64,000 bases of DNA from Trichoplax sp. H2. Taxonomy: Eukaryota. Below, one piece after another: positions 14,942 to 27,400 of the stretch. The stretch covers positions 62,001 to 126,000 of the forward strand of contig NOWV01000179.1 of NCBI GenBank assembly GCA_003344405.1, given 5' to 3'. The notes beneath the pieces were generated by a model. It had not been told where the DNA came from. It did no database searches and was given only the letters and a program-made list of their open reading frames with translations. Position numbers and translations under genes: made by a program. The stretch's first letter is position 1; every line of letters starts with the position of its first letter.

Positions 14942-16527
14942 TTAGTTAGGGGTTCCAACACTTTCTCGATGATTTCGCAATGCGTTCGCATACCAATCTA
15001 ATTGAGTAATAAATTTTTGATAACTGGTATTCATGTAATCATTTAGAGGATTGCCTTCTTCATCAAACATTTGATGAGCTTTGGGAACACCAAATATATA
15101 GGAGGTGCTTAAGGAGCCAATTTCCCCCAACATGCTACGCAATTGCATAGCAGCCCTCATTCCACCGTACTGTCCCATTGAATAGCAAACAATTCCGCTA
15201 GGCTTATATGAATAACTAGAAGCGCCGAAATAATCGATTAAATTGGATAGTGCAGGCGGAATACTGTGATTGTATTCAGCTGACACTAACACGATAGCAT
15301 CGGCAGCTTTTAACGTCTTTTCACATTCTACCAATTTGGATGGAGCATCGGCGCGATCCTGGTAGTGAAAAACCGGCTTAGTTAAGAGTGGAAGATCCAA
15401 CTCTACTGGATCTATAATAAAATACGTATATCATGATTCAAGCATTGAATACTTTAGATAATAACCGTATACATGTAATGCAAGATACAGTACCATGAGC
15501 CAAAGCCCATGCTTGACAGATTACTCGTCATTAATAGTTAGGGCATTATTTTGAATAGATTGCTGCAACTATTTTCGTACTTTAATGATGACAATCCTCA
15601 ATAAAGCATTCTTAGCTTACAGTATATTGTATATCGTTTACCGTATAATTAGAGTAAATTATCGTAACAGAAATGTAATGAAGGTTAATTTTTAGAATTT
15701 CCCTTCAACTTCTTGTATTGATATTATTCTAGCTTTAAAAATATGACTGATTTGGTTGATTATAATAGTAGATTTTACTTAGTATCTTAGTATATTGTAA
15801 ATCCGACTGCTTTATTAGGGTTAGAAGTTAAGGTAATCCGTAGCATAATTTTTGCTAAGAATCCGTTATTATGATTTTATAATTCAAGCGATATATTTAG
15901 CTAATAGAATATATGTGCGCTCATTTTGATCAATAATTACAGTAGAAGTTAATATTACTTTGTAATTTGATGCAGTATGAATCCAAAACGTTGATCTTAC
16001 TGAAAGAAATCGATTAAACAGTCTAAACGAGCTTAATCGATACGAATTCGACTCAGTCATTGTAGAATCTAAGCGTGAAAACCTGCAGTCATCAATTGAA
16101 TTAACCGAAAGAAATGGCATCGTCACACGCATGACGATCTATCCATACTATATTAGCTGTGATGTTGTCCATATTTCCTTCTATCAATGATATGAGCGCC
16201 GGGCGAAGGATCACCCTGAAATGGAGACCTCGAACCGATTGGTTACGATGTTAGCAATATAGTAAAGTATGCAAAATGGGTCATTGCTTGGCTATCATTG
16301 TATCGCAATTAATTCATCATCAATTCATTTCTTCTATCAATCTCTATTTTGATGACCAGTTGTTTGGTAGACTGTGGAGGATGCGATTGCATTTGTCAAT
16401 CCTTACCGAATACAGTCACGTTATGGTTACTCTCTTTCAGCTTTCTTTCAATAAATTTTGCTACCCGAAGTCCTATTCGATTTTCTCGAACTGTGCCGAG
16501 AAACATAACTACTTTTAGAGCTGTCAT
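14942..16527 (-). CDS. NADPH-dependent FMN reductase (flavodoxin-fold; quinone/azo/chromate reductase-like), 2 exons
   Basis: Exon 1 (16527-16407) reads MTALKVVMFLGTVRENRIGLRVAKFIERKLKESNHNVTVF with a GTAAG donor. Phase-1 exon 2 (15411-14942) reads DPVELDLPLL..ADAIVLVSAEYNHSIPPALSNLID..KPSGIVCYS..GGMRAAMQLR. These are FMN_red (PF03358) signatures. Confidence 0.92.
15670..15862. repeat. Dispersed repeat, copy 1 (in the FMN reductase intron)
   Basis: tgtaatgaaggttaatttttagaatttcccttc...gtagattttacttagtatcttagtatattgtaaatccgac aligns by eye with 62515-62700. Confidence 0.8.
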
Positions 16528-16788
16528 GGCGTCTCTATGCTTGGCAGTAGGGCGTGATGGAATGGCTAGAGTGTGAGTTGAGTAAAGCTTCAGCTTCAGT
16601 CAGGCAAACGCTTCAATAGGCACAGCTTCAGACGAGCACAGCTTCAATCTCAGCTGAGCAGTGAGCAACCGTTTATATGCAGTATGTTTGCATTGGGGTG
16701 TGACGCCTGCCGATCACATTTGTTGAGTCATGGTCTCATTGGAGATCGTTGAATCAACCTGCTGAAACTATCCATACTGATGTACCGC

Positions 16789-16872
16789 ACTACAGTATAC
16801 TGTACTGTACTGTACTGTATGCATACACTACAGTACAGTATACTATTTGCGTACAGTACAGTATACTGTAGT
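16789..16872. repeat. GTAC-rich array bounded by a perfect 22-bp inverted repeat
   Basis: actacagtatactgtactgtac (16789-16810) is the exact reverse complement of gtacagtacagtatactgtagt (16851-16872). Confidence 0.9.
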
Positions 16873-16906
16873 CGTGTATTAGTACTATACGGACATCGGT
16901 ACAAGC

Positions 16907-16917
16907 ATGACTCAGCA
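16907..16917. promoter_or_regulatory. Candidate ARE/MARE (CNC-sMaf) site ATGACTCAGCA
   Basis: Exact match to RTGACTCAGCA, 380 bp upstream of the reductase ATG. A second near-match, TGTTGAGTCAT, lies at 16721-16731. Confidence 0.5.
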
Positions 16918-17004
16918 AGCATAGGCACTATATTAGGTAGTAGAGTCAGTGTTGGACACGCTTCATGTTGAAACTACATGACGCTTCAAGACGAGCTCAA
17001 CGGA

Positions 17005-17530
17005 TTTACTAACGTACAGTAATAAAAGAGTATAAAAACGATGCGGCCCATCCATAGGCAGACTACAGTTCTACCAAGAACGTTCCAACTCGGACTTCTA
17101 TCGAATTGATTTTGCTCCAGCAATTATGGCGCAAGTGGAAAAATAAAGTCAAATTGATCTTAGAATAAATCAACTAATAGCAGTGAAGTCAATGCCTTCA
17201 TAATTATAATATACAGTAATAACACATAGAAGATAGCCAGGATGTTGAGAGGAGTTTTTTTGTTACAAATTTGCTAACGTAAGAGTATGAAAACGATGCG
17301 GCCCATCCATAAGCAGACTACAGTTCTACCAAGAACGTTCCAACTTGGACTCCTATCGAATTGATTTTGCTCCATCAATTATGGCGCAAGTGGAAAAATA
17401 AAGTCAAAGTGATCTTAGAATAAATGAACTAATAGCAGTGAAGTCAATGCCTTCATAATTATAATAATATACAGTAATAACACATAGAAGATAGCCAGGA
17501 TGTTGAGAGGAGTTTTTTTGTTACAAATTT
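17005..17530. repeat. Recent tandem duplication, two ~260-bp copies
   Basis: aagagtat(a/g)aaaacgatgcggcccatccata...gaggagtttttttgttacaaattt occurs at about 17026-17272 and 17281-17530 with few substitutions. Confidence 0.95.
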
Positions 17531-19250
17531 AAAACATCAAACCACTTAAGAAAGAAGAAAAATGATTCAAAATCATTTGATAGGCTGCCTAGGGAGCAAC
17601 TATTTTTTTCTCAATGTCAAGTAGAGTGGGCATATTTATCCACAAAAAACATTGCAACACAGTGTTGATGTTGATGTTTATATATGATAATGAAAGAGAG
17701 TTAGTACTAAACTAGGCCTCCAGCACTGTATCGCATTTTAATAGCCTTCAAAATTAAAATGCAGTAGATTAAATTGGGGAATCATCTTATTCAATACTGC
17801 AATAAATGATCACACGCTTGGAAAAGCTAAAAATGGACATAACATTTCTTTTATAAATAACTGCTGGAAAATCATCATTTACTTTCCATAAACTCGATTT
17901 ATACAGTTAGTAACGTAATTACGGTCAGGGACTACACAACGAGTTCAATGACGTAGCTTATTCTCCATGCTTTCTTAGTCATTATTTTCACTCATTGGAT
18001 AGAGAAATAACAAGAAAGTAAATAGATTTCAAACAAAATGAAAACCAAAACACCCTTGGTCTTTGCTATGATTTTATGATTTCTGCTTCAATGATTCAGA
18101 TCGGGTATTGCGATTAACTAAGCCTGAGAGATAAGCGTATACCCGTAGGTACCGTATATACAGTATATAAAAAAAGTAGTGAACATTTTATTACGGTCAA
18201 CTTCACAGACTACGAACAATTTTAGTGAATTGGAAAGTAAGCTACTTTCATAAAATGGTAAAGCTTTAAGCAAAGCCTTTTAGTGGTACAATAATCATTC
18301 CAAAAGAATGCTGTAAAGGAATACATTATGTTAATTAGCACGCAAGGTCATTAAACGATCAGTTAGGATTCAAGTATAAGTTATAATGACTTTTAAAATC
18401 AATAGCCAACCATGACTTTACGTACACAATAGATAAAATCTTAAATGAACTGCCAATTAGAGTAGATTTCATTGATTAATTAATATTAGACTTAATTGTC
18501 TTTTATTTCGTTCTACACAGAAGTCCCGATATATGGATGCGTACATAAAAGCTCGATAATGGCGGCGATATCGTTTTATTGTTATTATTAAATTTATATC
18601 ATTTATAAGTAGATCAGACACCTTTATTCTAAATCGTTTCAATGGATCAAAGACATATAACAAATTCTATATCCTTTACAAATATACAGCCCAAGAAGAT
18701 CTCTTTATTCGGAATTGCTAATTATTTATACTAATTGAATTTTTAATAGAAAATGACTAAACAAATTGCCAATCGAAAAATTAAAAAGCAAATCAACCAA
18801 TGAGAGTTTCTTCATTGGTGGCCAATTCTAGGTTAAGCTACATACGCATATCACTATCTAGCAATCGAAATAGTAAGATGATGGAGATAGTATGAGAAAT
18901 TTAATGAGTCTTAATGCATCACTACCTGAGGTATAATTACCACTACGCTAATTATAATCAGCTACGAGAAAATAGGCAGGTGAAAGGAATGAAGTGAAGC
19001 TCATTACTTAAAAATCTTGTTTTGTTATGATAATTTTAGGTAAAACTTCTTAAACATAATATAATCAGACATCCATTTCATATTCAATTTTACTTTTATG
19101 ACAAAAATCAGCCCTCCCACCAAGGACCATCTACATTTCTCGAAGTAGTGATCATAGATACCCTACTCGCATAATCTTATGAGCTCACTGTAAACATCAT
19201 CTATTTTCGGAGCTGTATTTCAACCAATTATGCGCTAACTCTAATCCCCT

Positions 19251-19722
19251 TTTATTTAAGGCAGAAGTATAACCATAAGGAAGACAAGACTGAAATGATG
19301 GCTTCTAAAATCTATTACTAATGACGAGGTCAAAATTACCGTAGTGTTAAACAATACTGTAGTGTCTGATGAGTGCATCCTAATTTAAGGTAGAAATAGC
19401 AATAGGGAAGGCAAGACTAAAATTATGAATTCTAGAGTCTGTTATTACTAGATAAGATAAAAATTACATCTACAGTATGCATGCATGTATTATTAAATGA
19501 TACTGTAGTATCTGAATGGATCGTAATTTAAGGCATAATTATACCGATAAGAAAGACAAGACTGAAATTATGGATTCTAAAGTCTATTACTACAGGACAT
19601 GATAAAAATTATTAAACAATACAGTAGTCTCTGAATGTATTCTAATTTAATTTAGAAGTGGAGAATGTAAGACTAAACTGTGAATTTTTAAATATAATAC
19701 TTCTGGACAGGATCAAAATTAA
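19251..19722. repeat. Degenerate tandem repeat, ~4 copies of 120-145 bp
   Basis: Recurring blocks taatttaagg...caagact(g/a)aaat..ttcta..gtctattact...aaaatta...atactgtagt..tctga. Confidence 0.8.
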
Positions 19723-20839
19723 ACCATGCAGTGGATGAAATGAATAAAATATACTTAGAAAAATTTTATTTAGACAAATAACCACTTCAGTAAATCCACA
19801 AAACATAAGAAAATGGGGTTTGGAATCAGAATTAACAAGTTATCCTACAATCATAACGGTAACTTCTAGAAAATGCATAAAAAGCCTATAAGTTTAAACG
19901 TATAAATTATTGCATACATAGTTGTATAGTAGGCAAGACTGAAATATGTACTAGATATTCAAACCTGGCACTGTTAGGTAGGTAGATTGATAAAGGTGAG
20001 CTGAATTGACAAAGTATAACAGAATTTAAATAATTAATCTAAATAGATTATGTAAAAGTATCTCGAATAAACGGGTAAAGCATAAAGGAATTTAAGCATC
20101 AATGTTAGAAATCATCCTATTCCGCCTATTGTACATTTCGTCATGTCTGCACTAATATTATTGAACTTAGTTAGCATCGATAATAAAAATCGATCAATTA
20201 TTGTCACTAAATGTGCTACACTAATTAAATTGGTAAGCTAACGTGAGGTATCCAACCAGTATTTTTCTACTAGTTATTTACTATATCATTTATCATCTCT
20301 TCTATAATATACATCAATATAAAGGTAAATAAATTCTTCATTCTTATAGTTGACAAAACAATATCCTTTCGTATTTTACGTCATTGTTCATTATGAAGTG
20401 ATGAAAAGACCAAAGAGATTTTGTAGACGTATTTGTCTTTCATTGCTTACATTTTCAGCTTTAAAAATTATACTATGATACTTGTATTCGAATCTAAATA
20501 GATCAGTGTAAATGATTTCTTAGTACCATCAGTGTCATCTTCATTAAGCCATCATTCCATCAAAGTCATCGATTCCATTTGGTATAGAAGGCTAATCCAC
20601 TCGCAAAATTATGACAATACCGAAATCAATACAGTAAAATTTTTGATGATTCTACATAGAATTGATCAAATAATAACATGACTAATTTAATAACAAGATA
20701 GAATTGACATGATATAGATCAATTAATATGCTGATCGGCCACCTTTTATATGATGATAATAGTCATGTAGAATAAAAGTCTCAGCTGGATGCTTTTTTTA
20801 TCCCTTCATCAAGAATAAATATCAATGATGTTGCTTGAT

Positions 20840-20852
20840 GTTGCTTGGCAAC
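20840..20852. promoter_or_regulatory. RFX X-box GTTGCTTGGCAAC upstream of DCDC2
   Basis: Palindromic X-box match just before a probable 5'UTR exon (GTAAGT donor at about 21097, acceptor at 21479). Confidence 0.65.
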
Positions 20853-21497
20853 ATCATTGATCATTTTCAATCTATAGTCCGATCATCGACAAGAATACAC
20901 GCGACTTTAACTAATATTAGTTTAATATAAAAGTTGTTGGCAGTTGAAGAATTTTTTTCCACGTTATAATAAGTTAGTAGCCAGAATAACCCAAGTAGAT
21001 CTTCTATAGAAGTGATTAAGGCGAAAGCAGTCGTTAAAGCAAAGCTAAAAATACGTCCAGAGTATTAAGAATAATAATAAGTGTTATTGTCAAGGTGTAA
21101 GTCGTATATTAAACAGTGTCAAAAAATTTTTCTGGCCAGTTTCAATAGTGATTGTTAATTACACGTGAGTATACGTGATGTCCCAATAAACCCAAAATCG
21201 TGATGAGTCTACTTAACTGGACTTAAAATCTAATAATTAATCAATCTCTCACCACATTGAATAACCTTCACCGTTTCTGCAAGATCTTTACTGGTTGGTG
21301 ATCACTATCAATTTTCAACTTTGTTAATTTGATCCCTAGTAAGTTCGAATTGATTAAACTTATCTCTATAACATCCTATTTTATTTTTTCATCGAACGCA
21401 TTAATTTTTGTGCCAACGAGCTATTCTACGATTTGTTTTTTTAACTTTTATTTTACCCTTTACATTTAACGAATTGTAGAATGAAATCTAGAGTAAA

Positions 21498-24400
21498 ATG
21501 GCGGCCAGTACATCAACTATGACGACAACAAGATTACCACCAATTCATGGTTTTCATATCCACGTTTATAGAAATGGCGATCGATTTTATAAACCGCGTC
21601 GTTTTACCGTGAATCCCAAACAAGTTCGTAGTTTCGATGCTTTATTAAGCATGGTAACCAATGGAATTAACTCAAGAAGTGGAGCTGTACGAAATATTTA
21701 TACACCGACATTTGGTCATAAAGTTCAAGATATGGCATCGATACAACAAGGAGGCAATTATGTTGCTGGTGGATCGGAAAAATTCGTCCGCATACGGTAA
21801 GTAAAACAAATTGTTCTAGCTGTTTTTTTAACTAAATATAACATTTCAAAAGCAATCTGATATACATTCTATCAATAAAGGTTAAGAATAATAGGTGATA
21901 AAATCAGTCCATATTTACACTTATTTGAAGAGACTTTGGTGACTCGATTGATAATCTACACTGCAATTATACTAATTGATTACTTAGCAACACTAAATCC
22001 GACAAAATGATACTACAAGCGAAAAAACGACTCTTTCTTTACGTAAAATAAAAATAAAAACAAAAATATTCAATCATCATCCAAGTTAATAGCATAAAAC
22101 ATGTTTTAGGTTAGAGCAATTTTTCTGTACTTACAGTTAATGAACTGAACGTAAATTAAAAGGTAAAGGTGCTTGATTTTGTCAATAAATCACATTCTAG
22201 TAAATATACACATTATCATATATTGTTCATGATCATTCTAGCCTAATATGATAAGAGTGTTGATGCTGGAAAAGTCTATTATCAGCTTCGCTATCAGTAG
22301 AAAGTAGATCGAATAACCAGATTAGTAAAAATTTTCAAGCATTGTAATTATTTTCAGAAGATTTTTCACAATCTAAACATTTTAATCATATCCAAATCCG
22401 TACGCTTATTAGTATCCAAGCATTAAACGACTATAACAGAATAATAGATTCATAAATTGATGTCTGATTAAAGTTATAGCAATTAATACTGTGCCCTAAA
22501 TGCTACGGAAATTTAACAATAACATCTTACAGGAAGTATTGACTTGAAGTTAACTTATAGTATAGAAATTGAAGTAAAAAGTTATGCCATTTTCTATTAA
22601 TGATGTAACTTGAAACCTCTTTCTATAAAGATTTCTTTAGTTAAAATTAAAGCATTTTTTGTCAAAATATTCACCTTTTTCATTTTTAGAATAGGACTTC
22701 CTTAGAGCGCTATATTTAAAACTGTATACTGTAATGCATCGCATATTCTAATTACGTCTGCATTACATAGAAATGATAGTTTTTACCCTAATATTTCATT
22801 TTAGTTGCAAGTGTTCCTGATACCATTAGCCTAAGTATTTTTCCTCAACATTACAGCAAAACTTCACAAATATAAAAATTTATATAATATATAGATATGA
22901 AGATATGATCAGTAAAGCTGCTTCAGGCAAAAAAATTTTCGTCTTCAGTCCAATATCAATAATAAAATCTTTCAATTTAACTATGAATTTCACTTTTTCA
23001 ACTATCATTTTTATGCCACCATTACCTGATTTTCTGCAGCTATCAACGCATAAATTTATTCGAAAACATACGTAGTCGTAAAAAAGAATATTATCGTCAG
23101 TCTATGACATGATTTTTCAGAAATGATCATTTCAATGGCTAGATTATGGACGACATGTACTGATTTAACTCAATATCCTTTAATTCATTTTTCCCAGTAA
23201 TGATAATGACATCATTACTAATGTACTTTCTCTCGATATCAAAGTATAAATTTTAGCTAATGACATCTAAAGTAAATATTACTCATACATGCTACTTATG
23301 ATCGAAAACGATTACGACAGAGAGCAATGTTGATGACAGAGTTTTCCAATTTAATTTTTCATTCTAATTTACTTCAGGTATGATAAAATTGAGGAAATGG
23401 AAAAGATTCAAACTAGTAGAAAGCAAAAGTTACCATGGGTAAGTTAAACTTAATATACTGCTAATAGGGTAAATTTGGGGTAAATTTATTGACTATAGCA
23501 AAGCATATAATGCATACCATAGTATCAATTATTTTACATAAATTGTTCGATAATAAGTCAATTGAACGACCATTTCGTATGTACTGACAGATCTAAAATT
23601 AAATGAACATATAGTTTAGGTAAAAATCGTATAATACATGGATATCACACATTAATCAGCGATAGATAATGATACATAGTCTGATACCAGTAAATATCTT
23701 AGCTAACCAATGCACAGCATAAGAATGTTAACATCAGTCTGTTCATTTATGGATTGAATCTTTAAAGAAAGACTAAAACTAAAATTAAGACATCCCCTAT
23801 AGATTTGTCGATACTGTATCACCCATTACTTTTAAGGTGTGCTATTGAGCTTAAGTAGGATAAAGGTTAGGACGATCACTTTCCTAAGATATTCTACTTT
23901 AGTGAGCAGATCCGTAGCCATAGAACGAGCTGACCAGGCTATTACCCCTATAAGAATATCACAATATACCCGTTAGAGTAAGCTTGCTAATAACGTTGTC
24001 TTTCACCATATCCTTTAACATTTTTCTTATCAGCAGAAGCTAAGATCAATAAATCAAGATTGACAACACTGTAATTTCATATTTCTACTTTTACGTCTAA
24101 ATAGGGGCAGTAAAAATAGACAGATAGCAGTTGAAATAGTATTTATGTTATCAACAAATTTCATGTCTTTTAGTCGGTATGAAATCTGTAGAAATAACTA
24201 AAGCTTCCAACGGTACCTTTATGCCCGTCAATTAAAAAATTTCAATAAAATTAGTAAAAATAGATTACGTTTATGACAGTATTTACGTCCATAAGATAAT
24301 GCTCACAACCCCATTTATGTTGTTTATGATTACAAGGTTAAATAAGCTCTTAAATATAGTATAAATATCCTTGTGTAATTTTGAAAAAATTAAGAATTTT

Positions 24401-27400
24401 CACGTAGACGAAAAAAATTATTGATAAGTTTATGTCAAAATTCGGTTAAATATTGGATCAATGCAGCAAGAAATCTCAACTGTAGACTGATAAGTTGATG
24501 TTGCAAATTTATTTCAATCTCTACCTGTAACAATTAGATTTAAGCTAGTTTTATATTAACATAATGTGAAATTATTGGTATTAAAATTCTCCCTTGACAA
24601 GTTCATCCCTCGCTCATGAATGCTTGACAGTACAGTATCTAATCCATTACTGTAACACGAAGTTGTTTAGTATTTCAATACTTTTTTCATTGAACAGAAT
24701 CGTATAAATGATTCCTGTTGGACATAAGATTGATATTAGCTAAATTTTACTCTCCTAGTTTTGTCCAACTACTAATTTTATTAAAAGTAAACTCATTGAC
24801 ACATTTGCTATGGAGTGATTACAGTCAAAATAAACCGACTGGACGAAAAAGATCATCGTTACCACTAATAGAAATCACTTTGCTCTCACAGAACAATTTA
24901 ACTAATTCACTTCCATTGTCATGATTGCACTCATGGCATATCTTAAAGAATGAATAGTAGCGGGTGGTCATTATTAATTAGTTCCTGTAATGACGTAAAT
25001 ACTGGGTATCATTCTATTCAGAAAAAAAGAAAAATGAACATAATAAAATGAAACAAGCGGGAAATGGAATAGGATTGCCATAAAAATTTTTTAGTTTCGA
25101 GATTTTTCTTTCTATCTTACTTAGCTGTAATATCCATCAACTTTCAGATATATTTTTATACATATTCTAACGAGAGCTACTTCAGTTTAGCAAGAGGGGA
25201 GTTAATAGACGATTGACTGACTAAATAAATAGTAAAATTTAAAGGAAAGTTATTAAAAGACATCAAAAATTATTCTTACAGTGTATTTCAATGTATTGCA
25301 ATGCAAGGGAATTTTCTTCTTTATGCTCTACTACCATAATCATTTCTATACTTTATCAGGACACAAACTAAATGAATTGAAAGCAGAAATAGGGATGATA
25401 TAGTTGCTTATATAGTACGAATCCGATTGCCTATTGCTATAGGCTAAATATATAATATTAGGAAAATACGTTAACTCGATTTAACTCGATTGATCTGGTA
25501 ATAAGTAAGAAACTTGCTACTAGTAGGCGACGATATCGTAAACTACATTATCTACTTTAGATTTCATGACGGATCAAATTCGATTCTAGTATTCTCATGC
25601 AATTAATTGCCCACCGTAGTAACATTGGTACCATCAATGGAACGAGCCAATACCACAATTCATTTTACATTTTGGTCTTTTATTTGCTAGCCATAGATTG
25701 TCTATTTTATATTATGATTGGATATCTTGAAATTAAATATTGTGATTTGTCGTCGAGTTAGTAGTACTCTATTGACTTACGTCTACTTACCCTTCCTATT
25801 GCTTCCATATCAAAACAATAACTACTAATTGATATCCTGTCATTATTTCTCGATCATTGTACTCATATTTTTATTCTGCGGGTAACTGTAGGCGGTTTTT
25901 ATCCAAATACTGTAATTATAACCGAGTTAATGCTAGGATATAGTCTTAAAATTATTATTACCATCGAATGAAATAGATTCTATTTACTGAAACAGATCTG
26001 ACTAATTATCCAAGTTTACCGGAAATCAATCCCTTAGAATTGAAAACTTAATTATTTTCTGAGATAGTATGCTATTAACTTTACTATGTTCTCATCTTAG
26101 GATTTTCGAAGGCGTCCAAACCGACTAATCGCCTCAGCACGTATTTATAAAACGGTGAATAAAATTAGAATCATCATGTAAGTTAGAGGAGATTTGTCCT
26201 ATTTGATATTACTTTCATAACTTAACATTCTACTATTTAAAATCGATAAATTATCACTTTATCTGTCTACACTGGTTAACTATAGAAACTTTCACATTAA
26301 CTATTAGTTTATTCTTAGTTTACAGTCATAATGGTTTAGAATTAGAGGGATGAGATTCTAGTTTAAAGTGATCATTACGTGCAGCTTGAATTTATACCTT
26401 TGGCTCTGTTGCGTAGACTATTATGTTATTTCCTTCAAAATTTTAGTTCTTTCTTAGTTAGCAAAGTTTTAACGGTCTTTAATGAATAAACTACAACAAT
26501 TGTATCTATAAGTCTATTCTTCCATTAACTATTAAATTAAAAATTTTAGACATTCAGTTATTTTGTCATTTAAACTAGAGAAATTCCTTCTACATGAAAT
26601 TAATAATCTAGAACTAGAGAATTTATCTTACTTGCTCAATCATATATGCGTTACAAGATTATTGTTTTAGATTTTTTGTTAATTCTACTCATTAGTCTTT
26701 TCTGTCTATTCTACAATCCATGCAAGTCTATTCGTTACTAAATTATAAATTGAATCATCTCTACAACGAAAATTTTTATACTACCATAGTTAAATCAATA
26801 GCATAGTATTTTGAATCTGCTACTACTACTACTATTCCTAAGATTAACAAATTCAGAAATTATGAATTTAAAAAATTAATCATTATTGTATCTTACTAGG
26901 GTTTATACCAACGGTGATGAATTTATTCCGCCAGCTAAAATTATAATTAGCAAGAAAATTTTAAGTTTGGATCATGTAAGCAAGAGCGATGATTGATATA
27001 AATGGCAATAATGAAGAGAAGCATTACAGAATGTCTTTCATGAAGTAATTGATTTTTATGTATTAATTCTTCAAAATCTCCTTTTGTAGTTGTTATCCAT
27101 CGTTAGTGATCGGATAAGTCTCCAATTTGGTGGCGTTCGAAAGTAAGAGACAGATATTACATTACTCGATTTGCATATAACAAACGTTGTTTTACTAGGG
27201 GATAAAATAATAATTGCAAGAATAATTAGAAAATCAACTTCAATACTGTCCATTTTCTTATAACCACAACAGACAATAATTGATCTCGCTTTCACGTCTC
27301 TACGATAAAATTCTAAGTTCAGTCATTCAATATTAATGACTGTCTTGTCCAAACAACTACACCTAAGGACAGGAAAAATTTTTTAAATATTTCTGGTTAT

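Noticed and set aside
16195..16255. GC-rich intronic patch with GCCGGGCG and a B-box-like GGTTCGAG on the minus strand
   Set aside because: No cloverleaf, A-box spacing or SRP Alu/S-domain continuation could be built.
16728..16971. Tyr/Cys/Val-rich ORFs on both strands (also 37718-37990, 58867-59082)
   Set aside because: Translations of GTAC arrays or tandem repeats, not proteins.
19366..19396. CTGATGA...GAAA hammerhead-like core inside a tandem repeat (retrozyme idea)
   Set aside because: Stem II does not close (G...A), and the other repeat copies lack CTGATGA. I saw no hammerhead core in the 17.0k, 37.2k or 58.6k arrays either.
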